64,000 nt of DNA from a virus (taxonomy: Duplodnaviria > Heunggongvirae > Uroviricota > Caudoviricetes). The notes beneath the pieces are model-generated. The model was not told the origin of the DNA and made no database searches. It worked only from the letters and a program-made list of their open reading frames with translations. Position numbers and translations under genes: made by a program. Positions 39,039 to 47,785 of the stretch are shown here, piece after piece. The stretch is from the IMG/VR virus record IMGVR_UViG_3300021387_000895, positions 27,302 through 91,301 of that record; one strand, given 5' to 3'. Within the stretch, counting starts at the first letter, position 1. Each line of letters opens with the position of its first letter.

Positions 39039-39653
39039 ATGAACATTAACTTTGGCGGGATTATGAATGGAATATTTGGAAGGATCGATCCTGATATGTG
39101 CAGACTTACCATGAGTGGTAAGATTGCCATTTACACTTCCAACGGTTACAAGGCGTATGATATTAAGAAAAATCGATTGACCAACTGCGACAGTTTTGTT
39201 TTCAACGTTGGTCAGGACATGTTCTTTGTCATTCCCACAAACCATGTCGTTCGCGGCGATATTATTCTTGTGAATGGCAAGCCTCGTGTTGTCCTGGAAG
39301 TTGGTAAGAATGAGATCAAGACCTTCTGCTATGAGGACAGTACCATCTCCACAATCGTCCCTGAGCATCATATTTTCATGGGGAAGCAATATTTCTATGG
39401 CAAAATCGTTTCCATGTTCGGTAATCTCGATGGTGGTAAGTCAAAGGGTATGGACCGCATTGTCAAATACATGATGATGAGCGAAATGATGCGAGGAAAT
39501 GGTTTTGATCCCAGAATCAGGGAAACTGGCGGCATGGAAAATATTCTTCCCATGATGTTCATGATGTCTGGTGGGAACTTCTTCGACGGAATGTTCGACT
39601 TCGATTCTGATGACGATGACGAAGAGGAAGAAGAGGACGAGAGTGATGAATAA
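39039..39653 (+). CDS. hypothetical protein with poly-acidic C-terminal tail
   Basis: Hairpin+CTTATATTTT element and AAGGAGG upstream; ends DSDDDDEEEEEDESDE. Confidence 0.45.
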   Translation: MNINFGGIMNGIFGRIDPDMCRLTMSGKIAIYTSNGYKAYDIKKNRLTNCDSFVFNVGQDMFFVIPTNHVVRGDIILVNGKPRVVLEVGKNEIKTFCYEDSTISTIVPEHHIFMGKQYFYGKIVSMFGNLDGGKSKGMDRIVKYMMMSEMMRGNGFDPRIRETGGMENILPMMFMMSGGNFFDGMFDFDSDDDDEEEEEDESDE

Positions 39654-39936
39654 TATAGATAAAATAGGAAACGTTTGTGTGTTTTGTGGAGCAGCTACAG
39701 TACCATCATTTGAATTATGCGGTAGTCCTATACAAGGAAGGAGACCTAGATTCTTTATGACTTGTATAGAATGTGGTTACCGCTCTCCAAACGTTCCTTT
39801 TTCAAAAGAACTTATAAATAGACAGGCTTTAATTGATGCAGTAAACAAATACATCGAAGACTGTGACTATGATTATAACTATAGCATGTATGCAGACGAT
39901 GACGAAGAGGAAGAAAAGGACGAGAGTGAGGAATAG
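39646..39936 (+). CDS. hypothetical Cys-rich protein with the same poly-acidic tail
   Basis: Ends ADDDEEEEKDESEE; about 40-nt 3' end nearly repeats that of the previous gene. Confidence 0.4.
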   Translation: MNNIDKIGNVCVFCGAATVPSFELCGSPIQGRRPRFFMTCIECGYRSPNVPFSKELINRQALIDAVNKYIEDCDYDYNYSMYADDDEEEEKDESEE

Positions 39937-39938
39937 AA

Positions 39939-40163
39939 ATGTTTCTCTTGCCTAAGCGATCGACTTATATTGCTCCTTGTCCATTTTGTAATTCTGAAGG
40001 AGTAATAAGATGTGTTGGGGGAAGACTTTATATTAACCCCTATCATACGAAGCGTTGCGTAGCAAAACCTGACACATGGTTATATGCAGACTATCCGATA
40101 TGGCAACAAATAAGAATGTGGAATAAAAGTGTTGAAAAGACTAAGGAGGGCGTACTTAAATGA
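39939..40163 (+). CDS. hypothetical Cys-rich small protein
   Basis: ATG 2 nt after previous stop. Confidence 0.35.
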   Translation: MFLLPKRSTYIAPCPFCNSEGVIRCVGGRLYINPYHTKRCVAKPDTWLYADYPIWQQIRMWNKSVEKTKEGVLK

Positions 40164-40480
40164 ATACTATCTTGATCGAGAACATGATAATGAACAATGG
40201 CTATAAGATCACTCAGTTCAATGCTGATATCATCGTTAGAAAACGTGGTTCTTATTATAAGAATCGCTATACTTGGGAAGAAAATGATAATCCGGATGAA
40301 GAATATAATCGTAACCCTCGTGAAAGAGTAACCCGCAGGATTACTATGACCCTAGAATTGGAAAATGAAACAGTCACCTTCTTTGAAGACTATTACGAAG
40401 AAGATAGATATTCTGACACGCTGACAACGATCGGAGAAATCATGCAAAAGGTTGCAATGCGAAATAAGGAGGGTAAGTAG
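40160..40480 (+). CDS. hypothetical protein
   Basis: ATGA coupling. Confidence 0.4.
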   Translation: MNTILIENMIMNNGYKITQFNADIIVRKRGSYYKNRYTWEENDNPDEEYNRNPRERVTRRITMTLELENETVTFFEDYYEEDRYSDTLTTIGEIMQKVAMRNKEGK

Positions 40481-40482
40481 CA

Positions 40483-41361
40483 ATGGGTGGAGGATGCTGG
40501 ACGAAAGCTTCTTATGATGCTTCTATCTCGAGCCGAGGATTCAAAAACAAGAGTGATATTTCCAAATCGAATGTTCAGGCGTTCTATAAGTCAACAACAA
40601 TTCAACCAGAACTCAATCCATATAAAGTTATCCGAGAATGCAGGGACAGCGAAGAGCATCCTGAGACTCTTCCAATTATATTAGCTCTTGATGTCACCGG
40701 CTCTATGGGATCGGCTGCTAAAGCTTGTGCAGAGAAGCTTGACGAAATCATGGAAGAACTCTATAAGACAGTCAAAGATGTTGAGTTCCTTATGATGGGT
40801 ATCGGTGACATGGCATTTGATGAAGCTCCGGTCCAAGCTTCTCAGTTTGAGAGTGATATTCGCATTCTTGATCAAACCTCCAAGATTTGGTTTGAAGGTG
40901 GTGGAGGACCAAACAAGTGGGAATCATATACGGCTGCCTGGTATTTTGCTCTCTATCATACCAATCTTGATTGCTGGAAGAGAGATAAGAAAGGAATCGT
41001 TATCACAATGGGCGATGAAATGCTGAATCCTTATCTCAAGGTAGAACATGTGAACAAAGTGTTCGGAGATACAAATCAGCAGCAAAACCTTGACGATTAT
41101 ATTGAGAGCAAGAAGTTATATCCTCTCGTGTCTGAAAAATATGACGTATTCCATATCGGAATTGATGATCCACATAGCACATTCTGGTACAACAAAGATG
41201 ATATTCACGATACCTGGCAAAGGCTTCTTGGTAAAAACTATCTTGAGGGGAGTAGTAAAGATCTTCCTCAATTGATCTCTGCAATTGTCAATAAAGCAAG
41301 ATCAAATAGTGTTGCTGAGTCGACAGGAGTAACCGTTGGTGCTAATGGTATTAGATGGTGA
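40483..41361 (+). CDS. von Willebrand factor A (vWA) domain protein
   Basis: LALDVTGSMGS MIDAS-type motif followed by Rossmann-like alternation. Confidence 0.55.
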   Translation: MGGGCWTKASYDASISSRGFKNKSDISKSNVQAFYKSTTIQPELNPYKVIRECRDSEEHPETLPIILALDVTGSMGSAAKACAEKLDEIMEELYKTVKDVEFLMMGIGDMAFDEAPVQASQFESDIRILDQTSKIWFEGGGGPNKWESYTAAWYFALYHTNLDCWKRDKKGIVITMGDEMLNPYLKVEHVNKVFGDTNQQQNLDDYIESKKLYPLVSEKYDVFHIGIDDPHSTFWYNKDDIHDTWQRLLGKNYLEGSSKDLPQLISAIVNKARSNSVAESTGVTVGANGIRW

Positions 41362-41425
41362 TATTTTAGACTTGAGAAGGGGATGGTGTAAACTATCCTC
41401 TTCTTTTTATAAGGAGGAGTTGGAT

Positions 41426-41746
41426 ATGAACTTGGTCATTGCAGGACGTGGAAAAGGAAAAACGACTGAACTAATACGGCTTTCCAATGGGCTGAATAAA
41501 CCGATTGTCGTAAGCGGATATTCAAAAGTGACACACATAAAGAAAATGGCAAAAGAAATGGGTCTTGAAATCCCAGAGCCATTGACTGTTTCAGAATGGT
41601 TGAGTCATAAAAGTGTTAGGGGAATCAATCAATCCTGTCTAGTTGACGATCTTGATATTGTACTTCATGATCTCGGTCTTAATGTTGAATACGCCTCTAT
41701 AGACACACCTTGCACAATTTTAGAAAATTCTGAAAAACCATGGTAA
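41426..41746 (+). CDS. small P-loop NTPase
   Basis: Walker A IAGRGKGKTT; 106 aa. Confidence 0.45.
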   Translation: MNLVIAGRGKGKTTELIRLSNGLNKPIVVSGYSKVTHIKKMAKEMGLEIPEPLTVSEWLSHKSVRGINQSCLVDDLDIVLHDLGLNVEYASIDTPCTILENSEKPW

Positions 41747-41757
41747 GGAGTGATATT

Positions 41758-42036
41758 ATGGCTTTTGGGCTTAGAGTTAAAGATGTAGAGAACAGATTAA
41801 ACGAAATAGACTATGCGCTTGACGATCTTAGAGTCGATATTGACCGTGCTGAGAATAATTCAGAACATGAAACTACAGTTCAACTTGAAAGCCTAATCAG
41901 GTATAAATCTCTGATTAAGGGGTATAAAGCTCAATTGGAGAGCCTTTTAGTTCCAGATTATGTGACTAAAGATATTCACAGCGAAACAGTTTATAAAACT
42001 AATGACGGGAGGATTATTAAGTATGCTAAAAATTGA
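41758..42036 (+). CDS. hypothetical coiled-coil protein
   Basis: GGAGTGATATTATG context. Confidence 0.4.
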   Translation: MAFGLRVKDVENRLNEIDYALDDLRVDIDRAENNSEHETTVQLESLIRYKSLIKGYKAQLESLLVPDYVTKDIHSETVYKTNDGRIIKYAKN

Positions 42037-42280
42037 CATTGAGAAGAAGCATGGGGTCATAGGCTATTATACAAGAATGGCTAAAGATGTTTTGGCGGAT
42101 TCTACTATTCTCTCAGATCATTATGTAAGAATAGGAAAAACAGAAGAAGAATATGGACGTGTCGATAATGCTGAGTGGTTATGTGAGATTCATATCAACT
42201 CTATTGAGCAAGCTCTTGATTATGCCGCGATTTTTCAAAAGATTGCTAATAGAATGAGAGAAGAAAAAGGAGAACAATAA
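42023..42280 (+). CDS. hypothetical protein
   Basis: Overlapping start. Confidence 0.4.
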   Translation: MLKIDIEKKHGVIGYYTRMAKDVLADSTILSDHYVRIGKTEEEYGRVDNAEWLCEIHINSIEQALDYAAIFQKIANRMREEKGEQ

Positions 42281-43368
42281 TGGATAAGCAAGTCAAAGTA
42301 GTTATCGGAGCAAATTATGGGGACGAGTGTAAAGGTCTCGTCTCCTATTGCTTAGCTAAAGAGGCCAACGCACAAGGAAGAAAGATATTAACGGTTCTTT
42401 TTAATGGCGGCGCACAAAGAGCTCATACCGCTGATGGCAAGATATTCCACTGTACTGGAACCGGAGCTGCCGTTGGATCTGATACTTACTATGATCAGAA
42501 ATTCATGGTAGATCCGGTAGCTCTTTGGCTTGATAAGGCTAAGGTATACATCAATCCTTATTGCAGAGTTGTCCTTCCGTGTGATATAACGAATAATCAG
42601 CAAAGAGAACTTCGTTTAAGAAATAGCAGCTCTGGACATGGAACCTGTGGAATGGGGATATTTGAGGCATGTAAAAGGAGTAAGATCGAAAAGTATTGCG
42701 TATATGCTAAAGAGCTATTTATGGGATGGCGGCAACTCTATGATAAGCTCATAGAAATTGAAAAGGAGTATGGGTATCCTAGAGATCTTGTATACAACAA
42801 TGATAATTTCATGAGAGCTGTAAAGTATGTAACGGACAAGTGCTCTATTTGTGATCTCGATGAACTGAAATACAAATATGATACGATTATATTTGAAGGT
42901 GGTCAGGGTCTAATGCTCGACCAGGATAATACTGGTGACTTTCCTTATCTTACTCCATCTTCAACCGGTGTTCAAAACATTACTCAACGATTATTGGATC
43001 TCGAAGTTAATCCAGAATTATATTATGTGTCCAGATCATATTTAACAAGGCATGGTAAAGGTCCTTTGCCGAGGGAATGCGAAAAGAGTGATATTAATCC
43101 AGAAATCGTTGACGAAACAAATAAACCTAATCCATGGCAAGAAGAGATACGGTATGGATTTTTGGATAACGAAGCCATGCTTAAAAGGGTGTGGAAAAAT
43201 GCATGCCCGATAGGTGGCGCTAAGATAAATCTTGTCTACACTCATCTTAACTACACTAACGATAAACTTGCAGTGGGAAGAAACAGCTTTGAAACGATCA
43301 AGAAACCTAGCTTTGTGAATCATGTTTATGGTTCGGATAGTAAAGATGCTATGGGAGTGATATTGTAG
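42280..43368 (+). CDS. adenylosuccinate synthetase homolog, PurZ-like (candidate 2-aminoadenine/dZ-monophosphate synthetase)
   Basis: VVIGANYGDECKG (cf. PurA GDEGKGK), GGAQRAHT, IIFEGGQGLMLDQDNTGDFPYLTPSST, YLTRHGKGPLP align to PurA motifs; 362 aa, i.e. truncated relative to cellular PurA as phage PurZ is. Confidence 0.6.
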   Translation: MDKQVKVVIGANYGDECKGLVSYCLAKEANAQGRKILTVLFNGGAQRAHTADGKIFHCTGTGAAVGSDTYYDQKFMVDPVALWLDKAKVYINPYCRVVLPCDITNNQQRELRLRNSSSGHGTCGMGIFEACKRSKIEKYCVYAKELFMGWRQLYDKLIEIEKEYGYPRDLVYNNDNFMRAVKYVTDKCSICDLDELKYKYDTIIFEGGQGLMLDQDNTGDFPYLTPSSTGVQNITQRLLDLEVNPELYYVSRSYLTRHGKGPLPRECEKSDINPEIVDETNKPNPWQEEIRYGFLDNEAMLKRVWKNACPIGGAKINLVYTHLNYTNDKLAVGRNSFETIKKPSFVNHVYGSDSKDAMGVIL

Positions 43369-43790
43369 TGTTTAAAAGATTAAAAAGACTTCTAAATGCC
43401 GAAAAAGAAGTAGAAGAATTAAAGAAGCAAATAAGCGGTCTTAAAGCAAAGAACGACATGCTTAGCAATGAAAAGTATGCAATGGCTGATAAGTATGTTA
43501 ATGAATACAAGGAATACCAGAATACAATAACCAAATTAAACGACAAGATAGAAGAGCTAGAAAAAGAAAGGGATATTCTATACGAACACTTTGACTTGAA
43601 CGAGGAGCCATCTCAAGAGATTAAGACAAAAGTACGAATAGATAAAAGAGTATACGAGCTTGAAGTGGAAAATGCAGAATTGAAAGCCAGAGTTCATTAC
43701 GCCGATATTCTTTCTCTTGGAATGACTTTCGAAAGGCAGAGAATATATTTGCAACAATCCGCTATGAATAATTATCGCTTGTATCCATAA
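43368..43790 (+). CDS. hypothetical coiled-coil protein
   Basis: GTGATATTGTAGTG context. Confidence 0.4.
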   Translation: MFKRLKRLLNAEKEVEELKKQISGLKAKNDMLSNEKYAMADKYVNEYKEYQNTITKLNDKIEELEKERDILYEHFDLNEEPSQEIKTKVRIDKRVYELEVENAELKARVHYADILSLGMTFERQRIYLQQSAMNNYRLYP

Positions 43791-43809
43791 AGTAAGGAGG
43801 ATTAATAAA

Positions 43810-43998
43810 ATGGCCAGACCTTGTAATAAGGACTATTATATTAAGCAAAGGGCAGTTAAGAAAGAAAAGATGACGTTAGAAGCATTCAGGGACTGGGAAA
43901 ACAAGACTTGCAAGAATTGTCCGCATCACTTAGTGCTATGCACAAAGGATGACTTATATTTGAAAATAGCAGCGAAGAAGGTGACTGACAATGGATAA
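43810..43998 (+). CDS. hypothetical small Cys protein
   Basis: AAGGAGG RBS. Confidence 0.35.
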   Translation: MARPCNKDYYIKQRAVKKEKMTLEAFRDWENKTCKNCPHHLVLCTKDDLYLKIAAKKVTDNG

Positions 43999-44482
43999 CG
44001 GTAAAGAAGTAAGGCAACGAACACTAAATAATGGAGAAACAATAACGCAGAGACTTCTTCGAATAGAACCGGGTTTTGCTATATGGGCACCAGAGAGGTC
44101 ATGCTGCTTTTGCAAGAACTGTAGCGACTATGTATGGGACTACACAAATGGACCTTATATGTTCTTTTGTGATATTGCGAATGACGGCAAGGACCGTGAT
44201 CAAATAACTCTTACTGAAAAAGGATGTATAGGCAAATGCGAGTTCTTTGAAGAGGATGATAAAGTAGAAGAGAACAATAAAGAAATAGTGGAATCAGAGA
44301 AAAGAATCAATGAGATGCGATCAGATCCCAATATGAAGCCTTTACTCGATGACTTCTCAAAAGCTTTTGGAGAATACGTGGTCGATCGGCTACTTTACGG
44401 AGATATTATCGCTGAAAAGAATTTCAAAGAGAAGATGGATAAGTATGTGAAGGAGAAAGACAATAAAGATGAAAATGCATAG
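43991..44482 (+). CDS. hypothetical Cys-rich protein
   Basis: ATGGATAA overlap. Confidence 0.4.
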   Translation: MDNGKEVRQRTLNNGETITQRLLRIEPGFAIWAPERSCCFCKNCSDYVWDYTNGPYMFFCDIANDGKDRDQITLTEKGCIGKCEFFEEDDKVEENNKEIVESEKRINEMRSDPNMKPLLDDFSKAFGEYVVDRLLYGDIIAEKNFKEKMDKYVKEKDNKDENA

Positions 44483-44726
44483 AATGGACTCTTTAGATAA
44501 AATAATCATTTCGATTTTCGTGACAGTAGGAGTGATATTTGTTTTGGCGATAGTATCCGCTATTGGTCTTACTATTCAAGAAACAAAGCACTATAATAAT
44601 GGAGTTTGCATAGAATGTGGAGGAAGATATTCCTTTTACCAAGCAATAGGACATAAAGATTGTACTACATATTTGTATAGATGCAATAAATGCGGAGATA
44701 TGGTAGAAATGCAGAAAATAATGTAA
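44469..44726 (+). CDS. hypothetical membrane + zinc-ribbon protein
   Basis: TM helix then CIECGG..CNKCG. Confidence 0.4.
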   Translation: MKMHRMDSLDKIIISIFVTVGVIFVLAIVSAIGLTIQETKHYNNGVCIECGGRYSFYQAIGHKDCTTYLYRCNKCGDMVEMQKIM

Positions 44727-44747
44727 GAACAGTTAATTGATAAGGGA

Positions 44748-45194
44748 GTGATATTCATAGAATACGTATTAAAGGATTGGAAGAAAGGTATTCATATAAG
44801 CAATCTTAAGAAAGTAGGTGTGAAAAAGGAAATGAAAGCTAAGGAATACTTTGCAAAATTCGGAAAAGCGGTTTATGAAGAAGCTATCGCCTGGTCGGAA
44901 TCAAAGGAAGAAGATACTGGAGAACAGTCAGCTCTGCGTGATCTGTTCTTCGCCTTTACAAAAGAGTGCCGTGATATTTTAGCATCCAGGCATACGAAAA
45001 AGGATGAAGCGGTATATGCAGTGATACGTGAACAAAACCAAAAGTGGAATGTCCTTTGCAGGCTATTTAAAGAAGAATATGGACAGGATATTCTTAAAGA
45101 GAATGCTGTTCTTGACTTCTTTGTTGAGAAGATCCCTGAGCTTAGGATTGTTATGGAGAGAAGCAAAGCTAAGAAGCTTGGAGTGAGAGTATGA
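44748..45194 (+). CDS. hypothetical protein (start codon unclear: GTG abutting RBS, or non-canonical ATA at the expected spacing)
   Basis: GGGAGTGATATTCATAG where other genes have ...ATTnATG. Confidence 0.3.
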   Translation: MIFIEYVLKDWKKGIHISNLKKVGVKKEMKAKEYFAKFGKAVYEEAIAWSESKEEDTGEQSALRDLFFAFTKECRDILASRHTKKDEAVYAVIREQNQKWNVLCRLFKEEYGQDILKENAVLDFFVEKIPELRIVMERSKAKKLGVRV

Positions 45195-45490
45195 TATTCA
45201 GAAAGCCCAGAGTTCATTACTATGACTTTGAAATGAACGGCAAAACAGAAAAGGTCGAATATTATATTACAAGATTTATAAGACCTTTAAGCAATAAGCT
45301 GATCGAGGGATATTGGGCCCATAACGAAACAGTTATTAGATCATATTGGGGTTGCGATGGTCCTAAAAGATTTAAGCAAATAGAGAAAGTAATGATAAGA
45401 CTTAAATTCGGACAAAAACATAAGATGTGTAAAAAATTACTGTACGTCTATTCTGGGCATATGGTAAGCGCTGTTTTAAGAAACAAATAA
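45191..45490 (+). CDS. hypothetical protein
   Basis: ATGA coupling. Confidence 0.4.
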   Translation: MIFRKPRVHYYDFEMNGKTEKVEYYITRFIRPLSNKLIEGYWAHNETVIRSYWGCDGPKRFKQIEKVMIRLKFGQKHKMCKKLLYVYSGHMVSAVLRNK

Positions 45491-45505
45491 TAAGGAGTGA
45501 TATTT

Positions 45506-45721
45506 ATGACAGAAAACGAGAACAAGAATGAACTCAACAACTTTGAAAAACTCTTTGATGAAGAGATGATGAGGGTCGACAAGAAAGCTATGACAAATAC
45601 GGCTGAGTCGTTATATTCTTTCTATGAGTCACTTATTGGCGCTGGATTTGGGTCAGATCAAGCATTTGCACTCGTAACTTCAGTGGTTCTGTCCACAGTT
45701 GGAGGAATCAGGAGCAAGTGA
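45506..45721 (+). CDS. hypothetical protein
   Basis: GGAGTGATATTTATG context. Confidence 0.4.
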   Translation: MTENENKNELNNFEKLFDEEMMRVDKKAMTNTAESLYSFYESLIGAGFGSDQAFALVTSVVLSTVGGIRSK

Positions 45722-45960
45722 AAAAGAAGACTGATGATTATGAGACTGCATGGCTTTGCAATGGCAAAGATCCAAAGTGCGCTGGTAAGGTAGGATGCTA
45801 TTACAATCTATATAACGGAAGAAGAGGCGCATGCTCGCATACGACCGATAATCGATATGCGCTTCATAAGAGATTAGATCCTAAGAAGAATCCTGAGATG
45901 TTTGACAAATTCAAACTTCCGGATCAGACAAGATATTATGAAAGGGAGAAACCAAAATGA
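45718..45960 (+). CDS. hypothetical Cys-rich protein (GTG start)
   Basis: Overlaps previous stop. Confidence 0.35.
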   Translation: MKKKTDDYETAWLCNGKDPKCAGKVGCYYNLYNGRRGACSHTTDNRYALHKRLDPKKNPEMFDKFKLPDQTRYYEREKPK

Positions 45961-46496
45961 GTGAAAAGTATAATGAATACTTGAAGAATCATATAGAAGG
46001 CGTGAAGAAAGCCTACATATGGCTGGAAGACCACTTTGAAGATATTCCCAGAAACATGGGAACTCACGCGATTTGGATGATCGCCGATCACGATGCTTCG
46101 AAGTATGGACCGGAAGAGTATGATGCCTATGACGAATACTTTTATGGTAAAAACAAGTCATACAAGGTCGTAAGTGACTTTAACTACGCCTGGCTTCATC
46201 ATATTCATCACAATCCTCATCACTGGCAGTATTGGGTGCTCAAGCATGACGACGAGCCTGAAGAGGCGCTTGAGATGCCATACTGGTATGTAATTGAGAT
46301 GATCTGCGATTGGTGGAGCTTCTCATTTAATAAGGGCAATCTTATGGAGATATTTGATTGGTACGAAAAGCATAAGGACATGGTGCTCCATGAGAAGACC
46401 CGGAAACTTGTTGAAGATATTCTTGATAGGATTAAGAAAGAATTAGAAAAAGAAAAGGAGGAGAGTGAAGAAAATGAAGTACCCGATAAGCTTTGA
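45957..46496 (+). CDS. HD-domain phosphohydrolase (DatZ-like dNTP triphosphohydrolase candidate)
   Basis: H...HD...H...H...D pattern: THAIWMIADHDASKY, LHHIHHNPHH, ICDWW; 179 aa. Confidence 0.5.
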   Translation: MSEKYNEYLKNHIEGVKKAYIWLEDHFEDIPRNMGTHAIWMIADHDASKYGPEEYDAYDEYFYGKNKSYKVVSDFNYAWLHHIHHNPHHWQYWVLKHDDEPEEALEMPYWYVIEMICDWWSFSFNKGNLMEIFDWYEKHKDMVLHEKTRKLVEDILDRIKKELEKEKEESEENEVPDKL

Positions 46497-46833
46497 AATT
46501 GATATTAACGAAAAAATGGTTCGTGACAATGTTGCAAAAGAAGCAAAGGAAGTGCTTATAAGGAAGATAGTCAATGACGCCGAGGCTATTATATTTACAC
46601 ACAAATCAAGTTTGTATCATCCTTATGGATACGGACTCAGTAAAATTGAAAATCCAGACGAACGAAATGGAATTAGCGAAGAAATAAAATCAGAAATTGT
46701 CAACTTCATGGAAAATAATAAAGAAGTGATAATTGAAAAAGCAGCTGAAAATCTTGCAAAACGCCTTGCTATGTCTAAACAAGGGAAGGAGCTTTTAAAT
46801 GGGCTTAGTTCGAAAATGCGATCGATGTCTTAA
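46474..46833 (+). CDS. hypothetical protein (alternative GTG start at 46465)
   Basis: AAAGGAGG upstream. Confidence 0.35.
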   Translation: MKYPISFEIDINEKMVRDNVAKEAKEVLIRKIVNDAEAIIFTHKSSLYHPYGYGLSKIENPDERNGISEEIKSEIVNFMENNKEVIIEKAAENLAKRLAMSKQGKELLNGLSSKMRSMS

Positions 46834-47026
46834 ACAAATAGATCCGTATAGTGGAATAGGATATTTTAAACATAAAATTCTGTATTCTGAAGTTGTGATC
46901 GATCATTTAATGGATTTTGATCATATAGTATTAAAAGATTATGACCTTTGTCCGGAATGTAGTAAAGAGCTAATAAAATTCTTAAATGCAAACGAGAAAA
47001 ATGATGGTAAGACTAAACAGAAGTGA
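46799..47026 (+). CDS. hypothetical zinc-ribbon protein
   Basis: CDRC...CPEC. Confidence 0.35.
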   Translation: MGLVRKCDRCLKQIDPYSGIGYFKHKILYSEVVIDHLMDFDHIVLKDYDLCPECSKELIKFLNANEKNDGKTKQK

Positions 47027-47075
47027 TATTCTCGCGGTTAAAACAAGTAGTGTAATGATGAGAGGAGGTGAGACT

Positions 47076-47234
47076 ATGGTAGGTAAGCTCGTTCAGATCG
47101 GTAAGCTTGCCCTGGGTATTGCTGCGGCTGGCATCGGAGTTGTGTGCACTTTGATGGGAGCCTCTATGGCAATCACCAATATGGGTGATAGTGAAACCGG
47201 TTCGACCGAAAAGGCTACTGGTTCCGAAGAGTGA
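47076..47234 (+). CDS. hypothetical 52-aa membrane peptide
   Basis: Early motif variant (CTCGCGGTTAAAACAAG) + GAGGAGG RBS. Confidence 0.3.
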   Translation: MVGKLVQIGKLALGIAAAGIGVVCTLMGASMAITNMGDSETGSTEKATGSEE

Positions 47235-47327
47235 CCAGTTCCCTTATCAAGAGAGTGAGAGTTCTTTTACAGGGCTCTTACTCTTTTTGCTTTCATTGGA
47301 CTAATTATATTCAGGAGGTAATCAATA

Positions 47328-47729
47328 ATGTCTACTGCTGTCGAGACCAACAAGATGTATGCCATGAAAGTTGAGTGTGAATTCATCGACAATAAAGATT
47401 CTAGCTTGTTTCCTTTCCCTCTGTCCTCGACCTTTGGTATCGCCACCACCAAGGAAGATGCCAAACGGATGATCAAAGAAATGGCAGATGACCTGGTCAA
47501 GTCCTGCACTGAGAGCGGGGAGAAAACCAGAGTCGAAGACAAGCAAGACGGATGGGTCGTTAAGGTTGAAGTCTATGATATTAAGGACGACAGTTTAAAT
47601 GGCCTTTGCGATAGGGTAGTGCTTAAATTCGGTTGCCTTGAGTATGAGCCGAACGTTATCGATGATCCTGAAGATATTACGAAATACGCACAGGTCGAGC
47701 AGGAAAATGATACGGGGGAAGAGTCCTAG
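47328..47729 (+). CDS. hypothetical acidic protein
   Basis: AGGAGG RBS. Confidence 0.45.
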   Translation: MSTAVETNKMYAMKVECEFIDNKDSSLFPFPLSSTFGIATTKEDAKRMIKEMADDLVKSCTESGEKTRVEDKQDGWVVKVEVYDIKDDSLNGLCDRVVLKFGCLEYEPNVIDDPEDITKYAQVEQENDTGEES

Positions 47730-47785
47730 TGACTCCTCCTCTTATATTTTGAACCGAAGATAAGAATAAGCTGGAGGGCAATACA

